A stretch of DNA of 64,000 bases. It comes from Octopus vulgaris. Lineage: Eukaryota. The DNA is taken from positions 17,918,001 through 17,982,000 of the forward strand of contig OX597816.1 in assembly GCA_951406725.2 (NCBI GenBank), in the 5' to 3' direction. The notes below the pieces were generated by a model, which was not told the DNA's origin, ran no database searches, and worked only from the letters and a program-made list of their open reading frames with translations. This document shows, piece after piece, positions 25,337-37,656 of the stretch. Position numbers and translations under genes: made by a program. The first letter of the stretch is position 1; each line of letters starts with the position of its first letter.

Positions 25337-25651
25337 GTGAATGCGCATGGCTCAGTGGTTAGAGCGTCGAGCTTACGATCGTGAGGTTGTGAGTTCGAAT
25401 CCCGGACCGGGCTGCGTGTTGTGTTCTTGAGCAAGATACTTTATTTCACGTTGCTCCAGTTCACCTCAGGTGTAGAAATAAGTTGTGACGTCACAGGTGC
25501 GGAGCTGTATCAGCCTTTACCTTTTCCTTGGATAACACTGGTAGCCGGTAAGTATGGGCGACTGCTAATCTTCCGTAAATAGACTTGCTCGGACATATTC
25601 CCGGGAGGGTAACTTTCTAGGTACAATCCCATGACCGAAGGGGGTCTCAGC
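25337..25651 (+). mobile_element. SINE group D-like, different tail
   Basis: tggctcagtggttagagcg...gagttcgaatccc tRNA head. 10-bp TSD aatgcactta at 25327-25336/25652-25661. Confidence 0.85.
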
Positions 25652-25796
25652 AATGCACTTATGACGATATGTACAATTTATAGGGAGGATACAAGAGCTG
25701 TAAGTTCCGCATTAATTCACCATCAACATCCTCTTATTATTTTACTGGATTTTCAATGGTACATTCACATACATGCATACATACATGTTGTATGTA

Positions 25797-26277
25797 TGTC
25801 CTTATTCAGTTTTATTTCAAGATTTCCTGCCTATAGAGAAAGAGTCTGCTTCTAACCTAGGTCCAAGGCTCCTTCATTGAAATTTCAACAACACCAACAG
25901 GGTATTGTTTATGTGTATATGTATATATATATATATATATATATGCAGATTTGTATGTTTTGTTTTATGTATGTATTGTCATGCATATAGTAGCATATCT
26001 TGACATGCTCATATATAATTTAAATGATACATTTCTGGAAAGTTTTACAGAATTTTATAGTTCCAGTGTTGGATTGGATCTGTAGTCTTCTATTCGGCTT
26101 TCTCCTTTCTGGTTTTGGGAAGAGTAATTTCTCAACATTGATATTTAGGCAGTGTATTACATATCTCAGTGCCCCACTAATTACAGGTATAAACCTAAAC
26201 TTGTAATCTGAATAGATTAACTGCAGATTTCTCAATAGTTCGGTGTAGGTATATTCTTTTTCACTGACCTTCACCTG
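25797..26277 (-). mobile_element. 3' fragment of an R4/Dong-like non-LTR retrotransposon in a (TATG)n tract
   Basis: 26020-26277 encodes KVSEKEYTYTELLRNLQLIYSDYKFRFIPVISGAL, resembling the K..Y..L...L......IPVIIGALG C-terminus of RLE-type elements. Followed by a putative 3'UTR. Confidence 0.65.
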
Positions 26278-26364
26278 TATGTATGTATGTATGTATGTAT
26301 GTATGTATGTATGTATGTATGTATGTATGTATGTATGTATGTATATATGTATATATGAATGTAT

Positions 26365-26585
26365 ACCTCTCTCCACCCATACACACTCAATAACACTATA
26401 AAAAGTGACATATCTCCTGAAAGAGTTCAATCTGAAGACTCCACTACAGTGGACGCAAGCGCTTATACATGATTTATAAAAACGTGACATATTAATAAAT
26501 ATCGCTAAATATAAAACCATTCAGATTTCTGAATACCTTATTTCTTCTAATATACAATACCTTTACATCATCTCCAAACCGTCTA
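26365..26585 (+). mobile_element. Microsatellite-flanked short element with degenerate hammerhead (26432-26464)
   Basis: CUGAAGA-cUCCAC-UACA-GUGGAc-GCAA-GCGC-UU. GAAA is mutated to GCAA, and stem III is palindromic AGCGCU. Confidence 0.45.
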
Positions 26586-26879
26586 ATATATGTATGTATG
26601 TATTTAAAACATGGTTGATGAACCTTCTAGAATTAGCTTACAATTCTCCATTCTAACATCACATTCTAACTTCTTAAAGAGAAATTGTGGTTTTCTGCCT
26701 CCTTATGTCTTGGAAAAAATAATAACGGAAGAATCTAATGGCAATGATGCGAACTGGCAGGAGAGTCTTGGATGGGACGCCTTCGGTCCTTGATTATTTT
26801 GGATCGCATGTGGCTGACATGCGTTTCAACAGCAGTACCAATGGCTATTTCATAGTTATGAAGATAAGCTACATAATTC

Positions 26880-27230
26880 TTGCATGGTTGTATGGTTAAG
26901 TAAACATGCGGGTTCAGGTTCAGTCCAACTGCGTGGCATCTCGGGCAAGTGCCTTATGCTTTGATCCAGGACAGACAGAAACTTCGAGAGTGAATTTGGT
27001 GCAAAGTGTGCGGTGGCCCATCGCATTTATATATGGATGTGCATGTATGAATGTGTATTGGTTTGTTTTCGTCCCTGTAATATGGCGTTTGGAAAATAAA
27101 AACCCTCATAGAACAACACCAGATTTTGCAAAAAAAAAAACCCATAAATACTGGTGTCGATTTATTTTACAAAATCCTTCAGCGCGTTGCGCCAGCATGG
27201 CCTCAGCGTGATGATTGAAATAAATTAAAG
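26880..27230 (+). mobile_element. Highly diverged SINE group A
   Basis: ggttcagtccaactgcgtggcatctcgggcaagtg...ccagcatggcctcag. Confidence 0.65.
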
Positions 27231-27823
27231 GTACATTATACTACATTTTCCTTTAGATATTTTATTTTTAACATACTGCACCCATAGCATGTGGTTAATT
27301 AAATTTGGTGCCATTAAGTGTATGCTAAAGAAAGAGGATAAGATTTAAAAGAAAAAAAAAATCCCAGCGAACTCCAGAAATTGACAAATTACAATACGAT
27401 ACAAATAAAGAAAAATAATAGATGTGAATAAATAAATATAAATAAAATTGAATGATAGTAAATGAACGTAGAAATGATACAGGAAGGAAACGAACCTCTC
27501 TGTTAATCCTATTTCCTTCAAGTTGAACTAAAGAACACCGTATATTGTAAATAAAAGAGACCATATCTAGGTTGAGATAGAAATCTGTTAGTTTAAATTT
27601 AAAAAAAAAAGAAAGAAAAATGTAGGAAAAAGGAAGAAAAAGGTGTGTGTGTGTCAGGCGTGGGGAGAGGAATGGAGAGTTATTTCGTACTGAAGTTGAA
27701 TTGAATTAATAATAGTCACGTTGCCTGTGTTTAATTGTTAAAAATTGGATTTCACACGTCATCGTATATATTGGTAGAAGAAATAGGTTTTTACTTGATG
27801 CATACAAACATGCGATTCTTTTG

Positions 27824-28355
27824 GAAGAAGAAGGACAAAAAGAAGGAGACGAAGAAGGAGAAGGAGACGAAGAAGAAGAAGAAGAAGGAGGGGAAGAAGA
27901 AGAGAGAAGAAGAAGAAGAAGAAGAAGAAGGAGAGGAAGAAGAAGAAGTAGAAGAAGAAGAAGGAGAAGAAGAAGAAGACGACGACGAAGGTGAAGAAGA
28001 AGAAGGAGAAGAAGAAGAAGAAGACGACGAAGGTGAAGAAGAAGTAGCAGAGGAAGAAGAAGTAGAAGGAGAAGAAGAAGAAGAAGAAGAGGAGGAAGAA
28101 GAAGAAGAAGAAGGAGGAGAGGAAGAAGAAGAAGAAGAAGAAGGAGAGGAAGAAGAAGAAGGAGAGGAAGAAGAAGAAGTAGAAGAAGAACAAGGAGAAG
28201 AAGAAGAAGAAGAAGGAGAGGAAGAAGAAGAAGTAGAAGAAGAAGAAGAAGAAGAAGAAGGAGAGGAAGAAGAAGAAGATGGAGAGGAAGAAGAAGAAGA
28301 AGGAGAGGAAGAAGAAGAAGAAGAAGAAGTAGAAGAAGAAGAAGCAGCAGCAGCA

Positions 28356-28431
<76 letters not shown>

Positions 28432-28575
28432 AGAATGAAGGAGAGGTAGAAGAAGAAGAAGAAGAAGGAGAGAAAAGAAGGAGAAGAAGTAGAAGAAGAA
28501 GAAGCAGCAGCAGCAGAATAATAATAATAATAAGAAGAAGAAGAAGAAGGAGAAGAGGAAGAAGAAGAAGAAGAA
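27824..28575. repeat. Purine-rich (GAA)n/(GGA)n compound repeat with (GCA)n and (AAT)n blocks
   Basis: Direct reading. Confidence 0.95.
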
Positions 28576-28669
28576 GCTGTTGGAGCCGTGTCGTTTATCC
28601 ACTGTAAATAAATGATTTGCCATTGATGGCGGTTGTCTTGGTTTCTTCCTTTTCCTCTGTCTCATGTGC

Positions 28670-29345
28670 AGTTTCTTCTTCGCCATCATCACCGCTTCGC
28701 CTTTCACCACCACACCACTTCATTCTACTTCTTTTTACCACCTCCTCCGCTTTTCCTCCTCCTTCTCCCTTCCTCTTTTCCTCCTCCTTCTCCCTTCCTC
28801 TTTTCCTCCTCCTCCTCTTTTCCTCCTCCTCCTCTTTTCCTCCTCCTTTTCTTTTCTTCCCTCTCTTTTCCTCCTCCTTCTCTTTTCCCCCTCCTCTTTT
28901 CCTACTCCTTTTCTTTTCCTCTTCCCCTTTTCCTCCTCCTGCTCTTTTCCTCCTCCTTCAGTTTTCCTCCTCCTCTTTTCCACATCCCTCTCTTTTCCTC
29001 CTCCTCCCACTGATTCGCTCCTCCTCCTCCTCATTTCCTCCTTCTCCTCATTTCTCCCTCCTCCTCATTTCCGCCTCCTCATTTCCTCCCCCTCCTCTTA
29101 TCCCTTATTCCCTATTGCTTGTCATCATCCCCTTTGTTTTTCTTCGTCTACTCCGAATCTTCTCCGCCTCCCCCTTTACTTCTTCTCCTTCTTCTTTCTT
29201 TCTTTCTTTCTTTCTTTTCTGCTTCTTCTGTATATCTTCCTGTTCTTGTTCCTCCTATTCCTCATCACCACAACCGCCATCACCACGACGACGACGACCA
29301 CCACCACCACCACCACCACCACCACCACCACCGCCGCCGTCATCC
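28670..29345. repeat. Pyrimidine-rich (CCT/CTTTT)n tract ending in (CGA)n(CCA)n
   Basis: Direct reading. Confidence 0.9.
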
Positions 29346-29892
29346 TCGTCGTTATCTACATTTTCTTGTCTTCCTCCATTGTCGTTATTAGCTTCTTGTC
29401 TCATCGAAGCTTCGTCTTTTAAAATACAACTGTGAAATATTATTATTTTTATTTTAGTTTTTCTTTGCGTGTGTTTTTGTTTCTTTTTATTTTCATGTCT
29501 CGCCATCTTTGTTGTTGTTTTTGGTTATTTTGGAGACGATTCAAAGTTTAAACTTTAAAGAAGAAAAACAGGAAATAATTAATGGCCGTTCTTTTGTCAT
29601 TGAGAAAGATCCATTAATACTTATATAAGAAGGTCTACAAGGAAGAAATCTTAAGAACGGTTATATTAATACAAAGCGAATTCAGAATTCATGGACTGGG
29701 AGCCTAGCAGCATATCTGCATACTCTTTGGGAATCATTTGACTAATTAGAAATAAGATTCTTGTCCAAAATTGTAGCAACAAAAGGTAAGAATCGATTCT
29801 ACGGAACACAAAAGAATTTTTTTGTGTGTGGTACTGTATGTTTGTTCATGTTTGAATCATTACAATAAATTATAAACTGCCTTCTAGTTGAA

Positions 29893-30301
<409 letters not shown>

Positions 30302-30630
30302 TATTCTTTCTTCCCTACTGCTTGTCATCATCCCATTTCTTCTTCTTCGTCAACCGTTAATCCTCTTCTACCTCTCCCTATTCTTCTTCTTTTTCTTCTT
30401 CTTTTTCTTTCATTCTTTCTTTCTTTCTTTCTTTTCTACTTCTGCATATCTTCCTTTTCCTATCGATCTATTTTTTACTAGTGTAAGCTCCAGAGCTGCA
30501 GCCATGCTGTGTTCTACACACACACACACACACACACACGTACACACACACACATACACACACACTCACACACACACAAACTCATAGAAAAAAACACATG
30601 CGCACACACACGTATACGTATATATATATG

Positions 30631-31063
30631 AGGCGCAGAGGTGGTTGTGTTGTAAGACGTTTGCTTCCCAACCATATGGTTCTGGGTTCAATCTCACTGT
30701 GTGATACCTTAGGCAATAGTCTTCTGGCCAGAACATTGTAAGCGGATTAGGTAGACGGAATCTGAAAGAACCTCGTCGTGTATCGATCTATCTGTTTGTC
30801 TGGTTGTCTGTCTGTCTGTCTGTCTCTGTCTCTCTGTCTCTCTCTCTTTGCATGTATGTATGTTTGAATGTGCAGATTTGTATGTTTCATATATGTATGC
30901 ATGTATGTATGTATGTATGTATGTATGTATGTATGTATGTATGTATGTATGTGCAGATTTGTATGTTTTATTTATATATTCTCATGTATATAGTTACATA
31001 TCTATACATGTTCATGTATGTATGTATGTATGTATGTATGATGATTGTACGTATGTATGTATG

Positions 31064-31097
<34 letters not shown>

Positions 31098-31378
31098 CAG
31101 ATTTGTATGTTTTCTTTATATATTCTATTCTCATGCATATAGTTACATATCTATGCATGCTCATGTATGTATGTATGTATGTATGTATGTATGTATGTAT
31201 ATATGTGTATGTGTTTGGTTTTGTCCTCTGCTGTTGGTATGTTTTCGGTAAAAGATGCCCATAGAATAATGTACCAAGCTTTAAGAAATAAATATTATGA
31301 TCGATTTGTTCGACTAAACAACCCCTCTAGGCAGTGTTCCAGCATGGCCGTAGCCTCATGACAGTAACAAGTGAAAGA
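30631..31378 (+). mobile_element. Diverged SINE group A with a greatly expanded internal (TATG)n compound tract
   Basis: Head at 30631-30780, tail at 31210-31378. Confidence 0.7.
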
Positions 31379-31636
31379 TCTAAGAAATTTCTTTGAGAAT
31401 GCAGAATTTAAGCAAAAGGGTTGGAAAATTTTCAAGAATCGTGGCACCATCTGAGTTTTTGCGTGACTCATCTTAACTAGTGAACCTGATGAAGCTGCCC
31501 AGATAATTTGCTGACACATCGATCATACTAGATTATATGAAAATAAGCAGCACTCACAAGCAATCCTGACACTATATACGCTCACATAAATATATATATA
31601 TATATATATATATGTTTGTGTGTATATATGAATATA

Positions 31637-33229
31637 CAGTTGCGGCCAAAATGTTGAGAACGGCATTCTTTTCGTCAGAAAAGTAAGTATAAGTTTTTAT
31701 CAAAGTTGTTTTATATTCTATAATTTTCACAGACAATAAACACAATATTATTCATTATTGTCTGAGATTTTGGTGTAATTTGAGAGGATAATAAAAAGGT
31801 TATGGATGATATAGTGATTTACTGCAAAACCCATGGTGGCCAAAAGGATCAGAACGGTTGAAAAAATAACAAAATAATCAAAAAGTGACAGAAAATGCTG
31901 GAATTATTTAATATTTAGTGTGAAGTCATTTAGCTTCAATCACACTCTGACATCTTTGACTGCATGAGGAAATTAAATTTTCAATTTCTTGCTGGGTGAT
32001 CTTATTCCATTCTTCCAGAAGGGCATTCCATAGTTGCTCGGTTGTTTTAGGATTTCTGGCTTTCAAACGTTCTACTAGAATAATCCACACATTTTCAATA
32101 GGATTGAGGTCTGGGCTTTGAGCAGGCCAATCCATAACAATAACCTTTTCAGCCTTGAGGAAGTTCATGACCCCTTAGCCTTGTGACATGGGGCATTGTC
32201 CTGCATGAATATGGTTGGTCGCTTAGCTGAATGTCTCAGCACAGGCAACACATGATCTTTTACAAGTTGTTTATAAACTCCTGCATTTACCTTCCCATGT
32301 AATCGCAGCAAATGACCCACAACATCTCCAGATATCATCCCCCAAACCATGACACTTCCTCCACCGAATTTAACACTAGTATTAAGGCATTTAGGTGACA
32401 ATTTTTCACCTGCTTTTCGACGAACGTACCTTTTCCCATCTGAGCCAAATAACATAGACTTAGATTCATCACTGAAATGCACCGTTTGCCATTTTTCTTG
32501 AGACCACAACACGCGTTCGGTTGATAAGGTAAGACGACACTTTTTATTCTTGGAGCTGATCAGTGGCTTCACTGTAGGTGCTCTTGCTTGTAGGTCATGT
32601 TCAACTAAACGACGAGGCACAGTTTTTCGAGATAAAGTTTTCTACAGTACAATGCTTATTTCCCGAAAAACAGCAGCAGCAGTTTTAAATCTGCCCTTTT
32701 TAACCAACTTTACCATAGCACAATCTTCTCTTTTGGTCGTTTTTCTTGGCCTACCTGTAGACTTTCTTGCTTCACACGAACCACAATCATCGTAGACCTT
32801 AAGAATACCGTGAACAATACTTTTTGACTTGTTAACAATCTTTGCAATATACCTAATACTTAAATTATCCTTCTTTCGAAGCTTAATAATCTGCTGACGA
32901 ATTGGTAACGGAGTAAGTAGCATTATATTAACAAAGTACACTGCAGATATTCTTACTAATGTCTAGTAAACGAACGGTTAAATATACTAAAACATGGAGT
33001 AAAAGCAACCGTTCTGATCCTTTTGGCCGCCATGGGTTTTGCAATAAATCACTAAATCATCCACAACTTTTTTATTATCCTCTCAAATTACACCAAAATC
33101 TCAGAAAATAACGAATAATATCGTATCTATTGTCTGTGAAAATTATAGAATATAAAACAACTTTGATAAAAACTTATACCTACTTTTCTGACGAAAAGAA
33201 TGCCGTTCTCAACATTTTGGCCGCAACTG
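31637..33229 (-). mobile_element. Full-length Tc1-like DNA transposon (DD34E, IR/DR-type TIRs)
   Basis: TA|cagttgcggccaaaa ... ttttggccgcaactg|TA. TIRs of about 224 bp (31637-31860, 33006-33229), each with outer and inner ggccaaaa...gaacgg direct repeats. Confidence 0.95.
31908..32923 (-). pseudogene. Tc1 transposase pseudogene
   Basis: Motifs GRPRKTT, HFSDESK, KFGGGSVMVWG, FMQDNAPCH and SPDLNPIENVW are split across three frames (shifts near 32640 and 32165), with a premature stop at 31926. Confidence 0.93.
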
Positions 33230-33240
33230 TATATACACAT

Positions 33241-33662
33241 AGGCGTAGGAGTGGCTGTGTGGTAAGTAGCCTGCTTACGAACAATATGGTTCCGGGTTCA
33301 GTCCCACTGCGTGGCACCTTGCGCTTGTGTCTTCTAACATAGCCTCGGGCCGACCAAAGCTTTGTGACTGGATTTGGTCGACAGAAGCTGGAGGAGAGGG
33401 GGTGTCGTGTGTATGTATATATATATATATGTGTATGTGTGTGTGTATATGTTTGTGTGTCTATGCTTGTCTCCTCCAACATCACTTGACAACCGATATC
33501 TGGTGTGTTTACGTCCCTGTAACTTAGCGGTTCAGCAAAAGAGACCGATAGAATAAGTACTAGGCTTACAAAGTATAAGTCCTGGGGTCGACTTGCTCGA
33601 CTAATGGCGATGATCCCGCATGGCCGCAATCAAATGACTGAAACCACTAAAAGAGTAAAAGA
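33241..33662 (+). mobile_element. SINE group A
   Basis: Full head, body and tail. Confidence 0.9.
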
Positions 33663-33785
33663 CTATATATACACATACACACTTACTCGCACACAGACAT
33701 ATACACACACACATACATACATACATACATACATACATACATACATACATACATACATACATACACATGTATGTATATAAACATG

Positions 33786-34668
33786 CGACACCTGATCAAT
33801 AAGTATCCGGACTGTTGCCATAGTAACGAGGCTAAAGTACGCAAAGTTAAGCCGCTGGACACAGATTGATGTTGATCTCTGCTGTGCATGTGTCCTAGGT
33901 TTTAACATTGTAGCTCACTTCAATTATTTAGAGCAGTGCTTGGAAGGAAGGTGTGTAGCGTATGATCGTCGCATTAACCATGGCAAAGTTGTCATAGCAA
34001 TATCTTCCCAGAAGTCTACGCAAGTTTGCAGAAAGTGTATGGAGAGGAGTGTATGAGCCACTCACAAGTGTACCAGTGGTTCAGACGTTTCGAAGATGAC
34101 CAAAATAATGTCGATATTGATGAATGTTCTGGGAGACCTGCAACCAGGAGAACTGAAAAAAACTTGTGCGTGCACCCGAGAGAGGAAACCGTCGAATCAC
34201 CATCCGTGATTATCAGAGGATATGCAGATTAGTTACAGTTCAGTTCAGTCCATTATCACTGAAGGTTTGGGTATGAGACATGTGTCTACCAAGTTTGTGC
34301 CAAAACTGCTATCAGCTGACCAAAGAGACACTCGGGTTTCAGTTGCACAAGATCTCCTTGATTGTGTAGAGAACGATGAAAACTTTTCGAAAACTTTGCG
34401 TTGGCCTCAGAGCTGGTATCGCAAAGTTTTTGGCAAGATTTGATCCAGATTTTCTGCTCAACTTAGTCTGTCACGATCATTGCGACGATTACACCCTACA
34501 CCCCTTTCTTCCGATCACAGCTGTAAACAGCGAAAGCGAGCGAGAACGTCAAATCTTAGAGCGCAAGCGCAGCAGTGTTCAAGGTCGATCAGTACCCAGC
34601 AGCTTCACTCTGCGTGCTTTAGCTTCGTTACTAGGGCAACAGTCTGGATACTTATTAAAGAGCACACA
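33786..34668 (+). mobile_element. Internally deleted mariner element with an inverted copy of its 5' end
   Basis: TIR-like ends aataagtatccggactgttgcc / ggcaacagtctggatacttatt. The N-terminal transposase remnant (VYGEECMS..VYQWFRRF..SGRP; GMRHVSTKFVPKLLS) stops before the catalytic domain. Confidence 0.85.
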
Positions 34669-35681
34669 TATATTAACAGAAAAAATACTAACGTTATATT
34701 GCTGATTGCAACAATCTTCTGCAGAGATAAAATGCAGCCCCTTATATGCATAGATACCAGGAGAAATGAGAAGATTAGGAGAATAGTATATGAATGCTTG
34801 TGTTGTGACAGATGTAAAAAAAAGCATCTTCAAAACGATAATAATTCAGTCAGCAGATTAAAACGCCTTCAAGTCAGGTTGATTCCATTTTCTCATCATG
34901 TATCATTTTAGTAATTAAATCTTTTGAGTTAGAATACCACGCCAATGTTTAATACCTTGCAGCGGTAATAATACGCAATGCACAATGAATTCAAAGACAA
35001 TGTGAATATAAATAATTTTGCACTTTCCACAATTTCCTTTTGGGAATTTCAAACTACACATACATACTTATATTGAGCAGCATAATAGTGAATCATTTTC
35101 AGCGTAGTTTGTAAATGAAATTATTCCATCTGAGACGAAAATATTATAGCACTAATCACAAATGTTAAAACTATTGGCATAAGATCATACATTTCTAGAG
35201 TAGGCAGAGAGGTCATTGAATCAATTCCAGAATATGACTAGTAACGTATTTTATCAACTATGGTAAAACAGGAAGAACCTAAATGATTTCACTTCGAATA
35301 TAAGTGATCAGAATGGTCGTTTCTATTCTGAGTTCATTCAGTTTGTGCTTAACATTAATTGACTGCCCCGTACCTGATTTATGGCCTTCTGACATAAACA
35401 CCAAATAGTGTCTACGCAACACTTAGACGTAATAAAAATAGCAATCGAATCTCCTTCAAATCTCAACATACCGCAATAAAACATAAACGGAGAGGAAAGT
35501 GGATAATGTATTCGAAATTACTCGACTAAATCTAATGAAAAATGTGATCGTCACATTTGAATCTTGAGCCAACTTCTCGAAAATTGCGTAGGGGGCTAAA
35601 TTGTGGCTATCCGTCGGTTATGACGACGCCGGTGCCAGATGATCCGATCAACGGAACAACCTATGTATGTATGTATGTATG

Positions 35682-35825
35682 TTTTTTCTGTGTCCTCTTC
35701 TGTAGAAGAGCGTAGGCTCGAAATGTAAAATACCTTTTCTATTCCTGAGCGTTATACTCATACATCTGTTTGTTTTGTACACCATTTATCTTCGTCTTTT
35801 GTTTTATTTTTCGTAAACTCTCACT
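35682..35825 (+). mobile_element. (TATG)n-flanked short element with degenerate hammerhead
   Basis: CUGUAGA-A-GAGC-GUAG-GCUC-GAAA-UG-UA at 35700-35727. Shares the GAGC/GCUC stem and ttcctgagcg with the 44715 element. Confidence 0.55.
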
Positions 35826-35903
35826 ATGTATGTATGTATGTATGTATGTATGTGTGTATGTATGTATGTATGTATGTATGTATGTATGTATGTATGTATG
35901 TCA

Positions 35904-35981
35904 GGTCACTTTCGAATGCTACTGGTAACATGTAACCCAGTACAACCTATTGCATGATCGGGTCGTCGGCGACTAAACTGG
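35904..35981 (+). ncRNA. HDV-like ribozyme (predicted, partly degenerate)
   Basis: P1 GGUCAC/AUGAUC, P2 CCAGU/ACUGG, P3 ACA/UGC, L3 ACCUAU with P1.1 CC/GG, P4 UCG-UCGG-CGA, and J4/2 CUAA with the candidate catalytic C at 35973. Confidence 0.6.
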
Positions 35982-36452
35982 CAAACCCACCAAGCTTCTT
36001 TGGCGAGGAGGGTGTTTATTGGACACCCTGCGGGATGAAAAACAAAACCAGTCAAAGGGCGGAGGAACTCTTGAGAGTCAACGACCATCCAATAAATGTC
36101 TTAAGGCTGTATCATGCGCGGGGACATAGAAATAATTCGACTGAATACCCGATCGCGCGGTTAAACGATTGGGAGTGAAGAACTCCTAGACTTTGTTAGG
36201 GCATTCCTCTAGGAGAAGGTAACTCAGGTAACGGGGATAATTCCGACATAAAACTTGCGGCTCAGTGGTTATCGATGATGTTGACTTGTTCTTCTTTTCA
36301 GATTATGGCTGCTGTTGCTTAGTGAGTGGGATCGCCTCAGTGCACAGCCTTTCCTCACTTTAAAAAAAATCTTCTTGCACAGGCATTGCACGATAACAAC
36401 ATTGATTAAGCTTCGTGCAATGGCCATACTCGATAACGAGGGGGCAGCCACC
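35904..36452 (+). mobile_element. Non-coding element resembling an RTE-LINE 5'UTR derivative
   Basis: GC-richer 550-bp block between (TATG)n tracts. Begins with an HDV-like fold and contains agggcattcctctaggagaaggtaactc, a motif I associate with RTE 5'UTRs. Confidence 0.55.
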
Positions 36453-36869
36453 ATGTATGTATGTTAATATGCATGTGGATGAGCACTCTTCAGACACGTC
36501 TACCCTTAATATACTTCTAAGTGTGGTTCAGCTTGACACAGAATGGGAAAAGTTTGGAACATTGTATTAAAAATATGTTTCGTTTTTGCCAGGTGAGTGA
36601 ACTGGGGTTACGTAAAATGAAGTGTCTTTCTCAAGGACAAAACTCGTTGCCGGGAACCGAACTCACGACCTTACGATCGGGAGCTGAATACTCTGATCAG
36701 TAAGCCACACACCTTCACAAAGAAATGGTGCACTCGAGTCGCTCATATTTAGAGCGATCGCAAAGGTTAACCCAACAGGAATGCAGTGGAAGGGCCTAAC
36801 TGAGGGAGAACCACCTTGCTGATCATGGGTTACTCCTGTGTCGCATAAATAGAATAAACAGTGTTTACA

Positions 36870-37065
36870 ATGGTAAGATCGTAAGATTGTGGTTCAATTC
36901 TTGGACCGGGTGATGCATTGCACTCTTGAATAAATCACTTCATTTCACATTGCTCCAGTCCCCTCAGCTGGCAAAGATATGTAATTCTCCGATGGACTAG
37001 CGATCCATCCAGTAGGTTGGGAAACCGGGAAATCAGCGCTATAAATCTATGTGACTCGAGAAGGA
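36870..37065 (+). mobile_element. Diverged SINE group D fragment
   Basis: gatcgtaagattgtggttcaattcttggaccggg...catttcacattgctccagtc. Confidence 0.65.
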
Positions 37066-37318
37066 TCTTTATCGTTATCCTCAGTGGTTACGATGTAGAT
37101 AACGAGAATAAGAGAAAAGCGTGGATGTGAGTGAATTTCATCCGTGGTTTGGAGAGACTGATTAAAACATGGGTACCAAAACCTTTTGCTGGGTCCGGAA
37201 AGAGAAGTCACTGACGATGAAGCCTGTCCACGAGGGCCTTAGCTGCATATGGGTCAGACTTCTATGGGATGTAATAGTGATATCATCATGTATATAGTGA
37301 TGGTGTCTTCATAACGTT

Positions 37319-37356
<38 letters not shown>

Positions 37357-37549
37357 TTGAAAGAGAAAGATAGAGAGAGTGAGAGAGAGAGAGAGAAGAG
37401 GCAGCCATAATTTTGGATAATTCTTCATTGGCGCTTTCGTTCGTTTATTGAACTCGTCAAGACAAAATTACAAACCAAAATAATAAAAAACAGAACGTTT
37501 CCTTGTTCCTTTATTTGAATTGGGTGTTTTTTCCTTTAGAAGAGGAGAA

Positions 37550-37655
<106 letters not shown>

Positions 37656-37656
37656 T

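Larger units (their letters stand above)
35610..36718 (-). mobile_element. Old SINE (D-like head at 36580-36718, C-type tail at 35610-35662 and 36465-36560) split by nested insertions
   Basis: The tail pieces match 10660-10810 and are separated by (TATG)n-flanked inserts. Confidence 0.55.

Noticed and set aside
27706-29506. Long poly-Leu, poly-Glu and Pro/Ser/Phe ORFs (up to 335 aa)
   Set aside because: They are stop-free frames of trinucleotide repeats, with no domain or splice support.
31480-31525. ctgatga-agc...gct-gaca hammerhead-like string
   Set aside because: GAAA is absent and there is no stem I or clear stem III.
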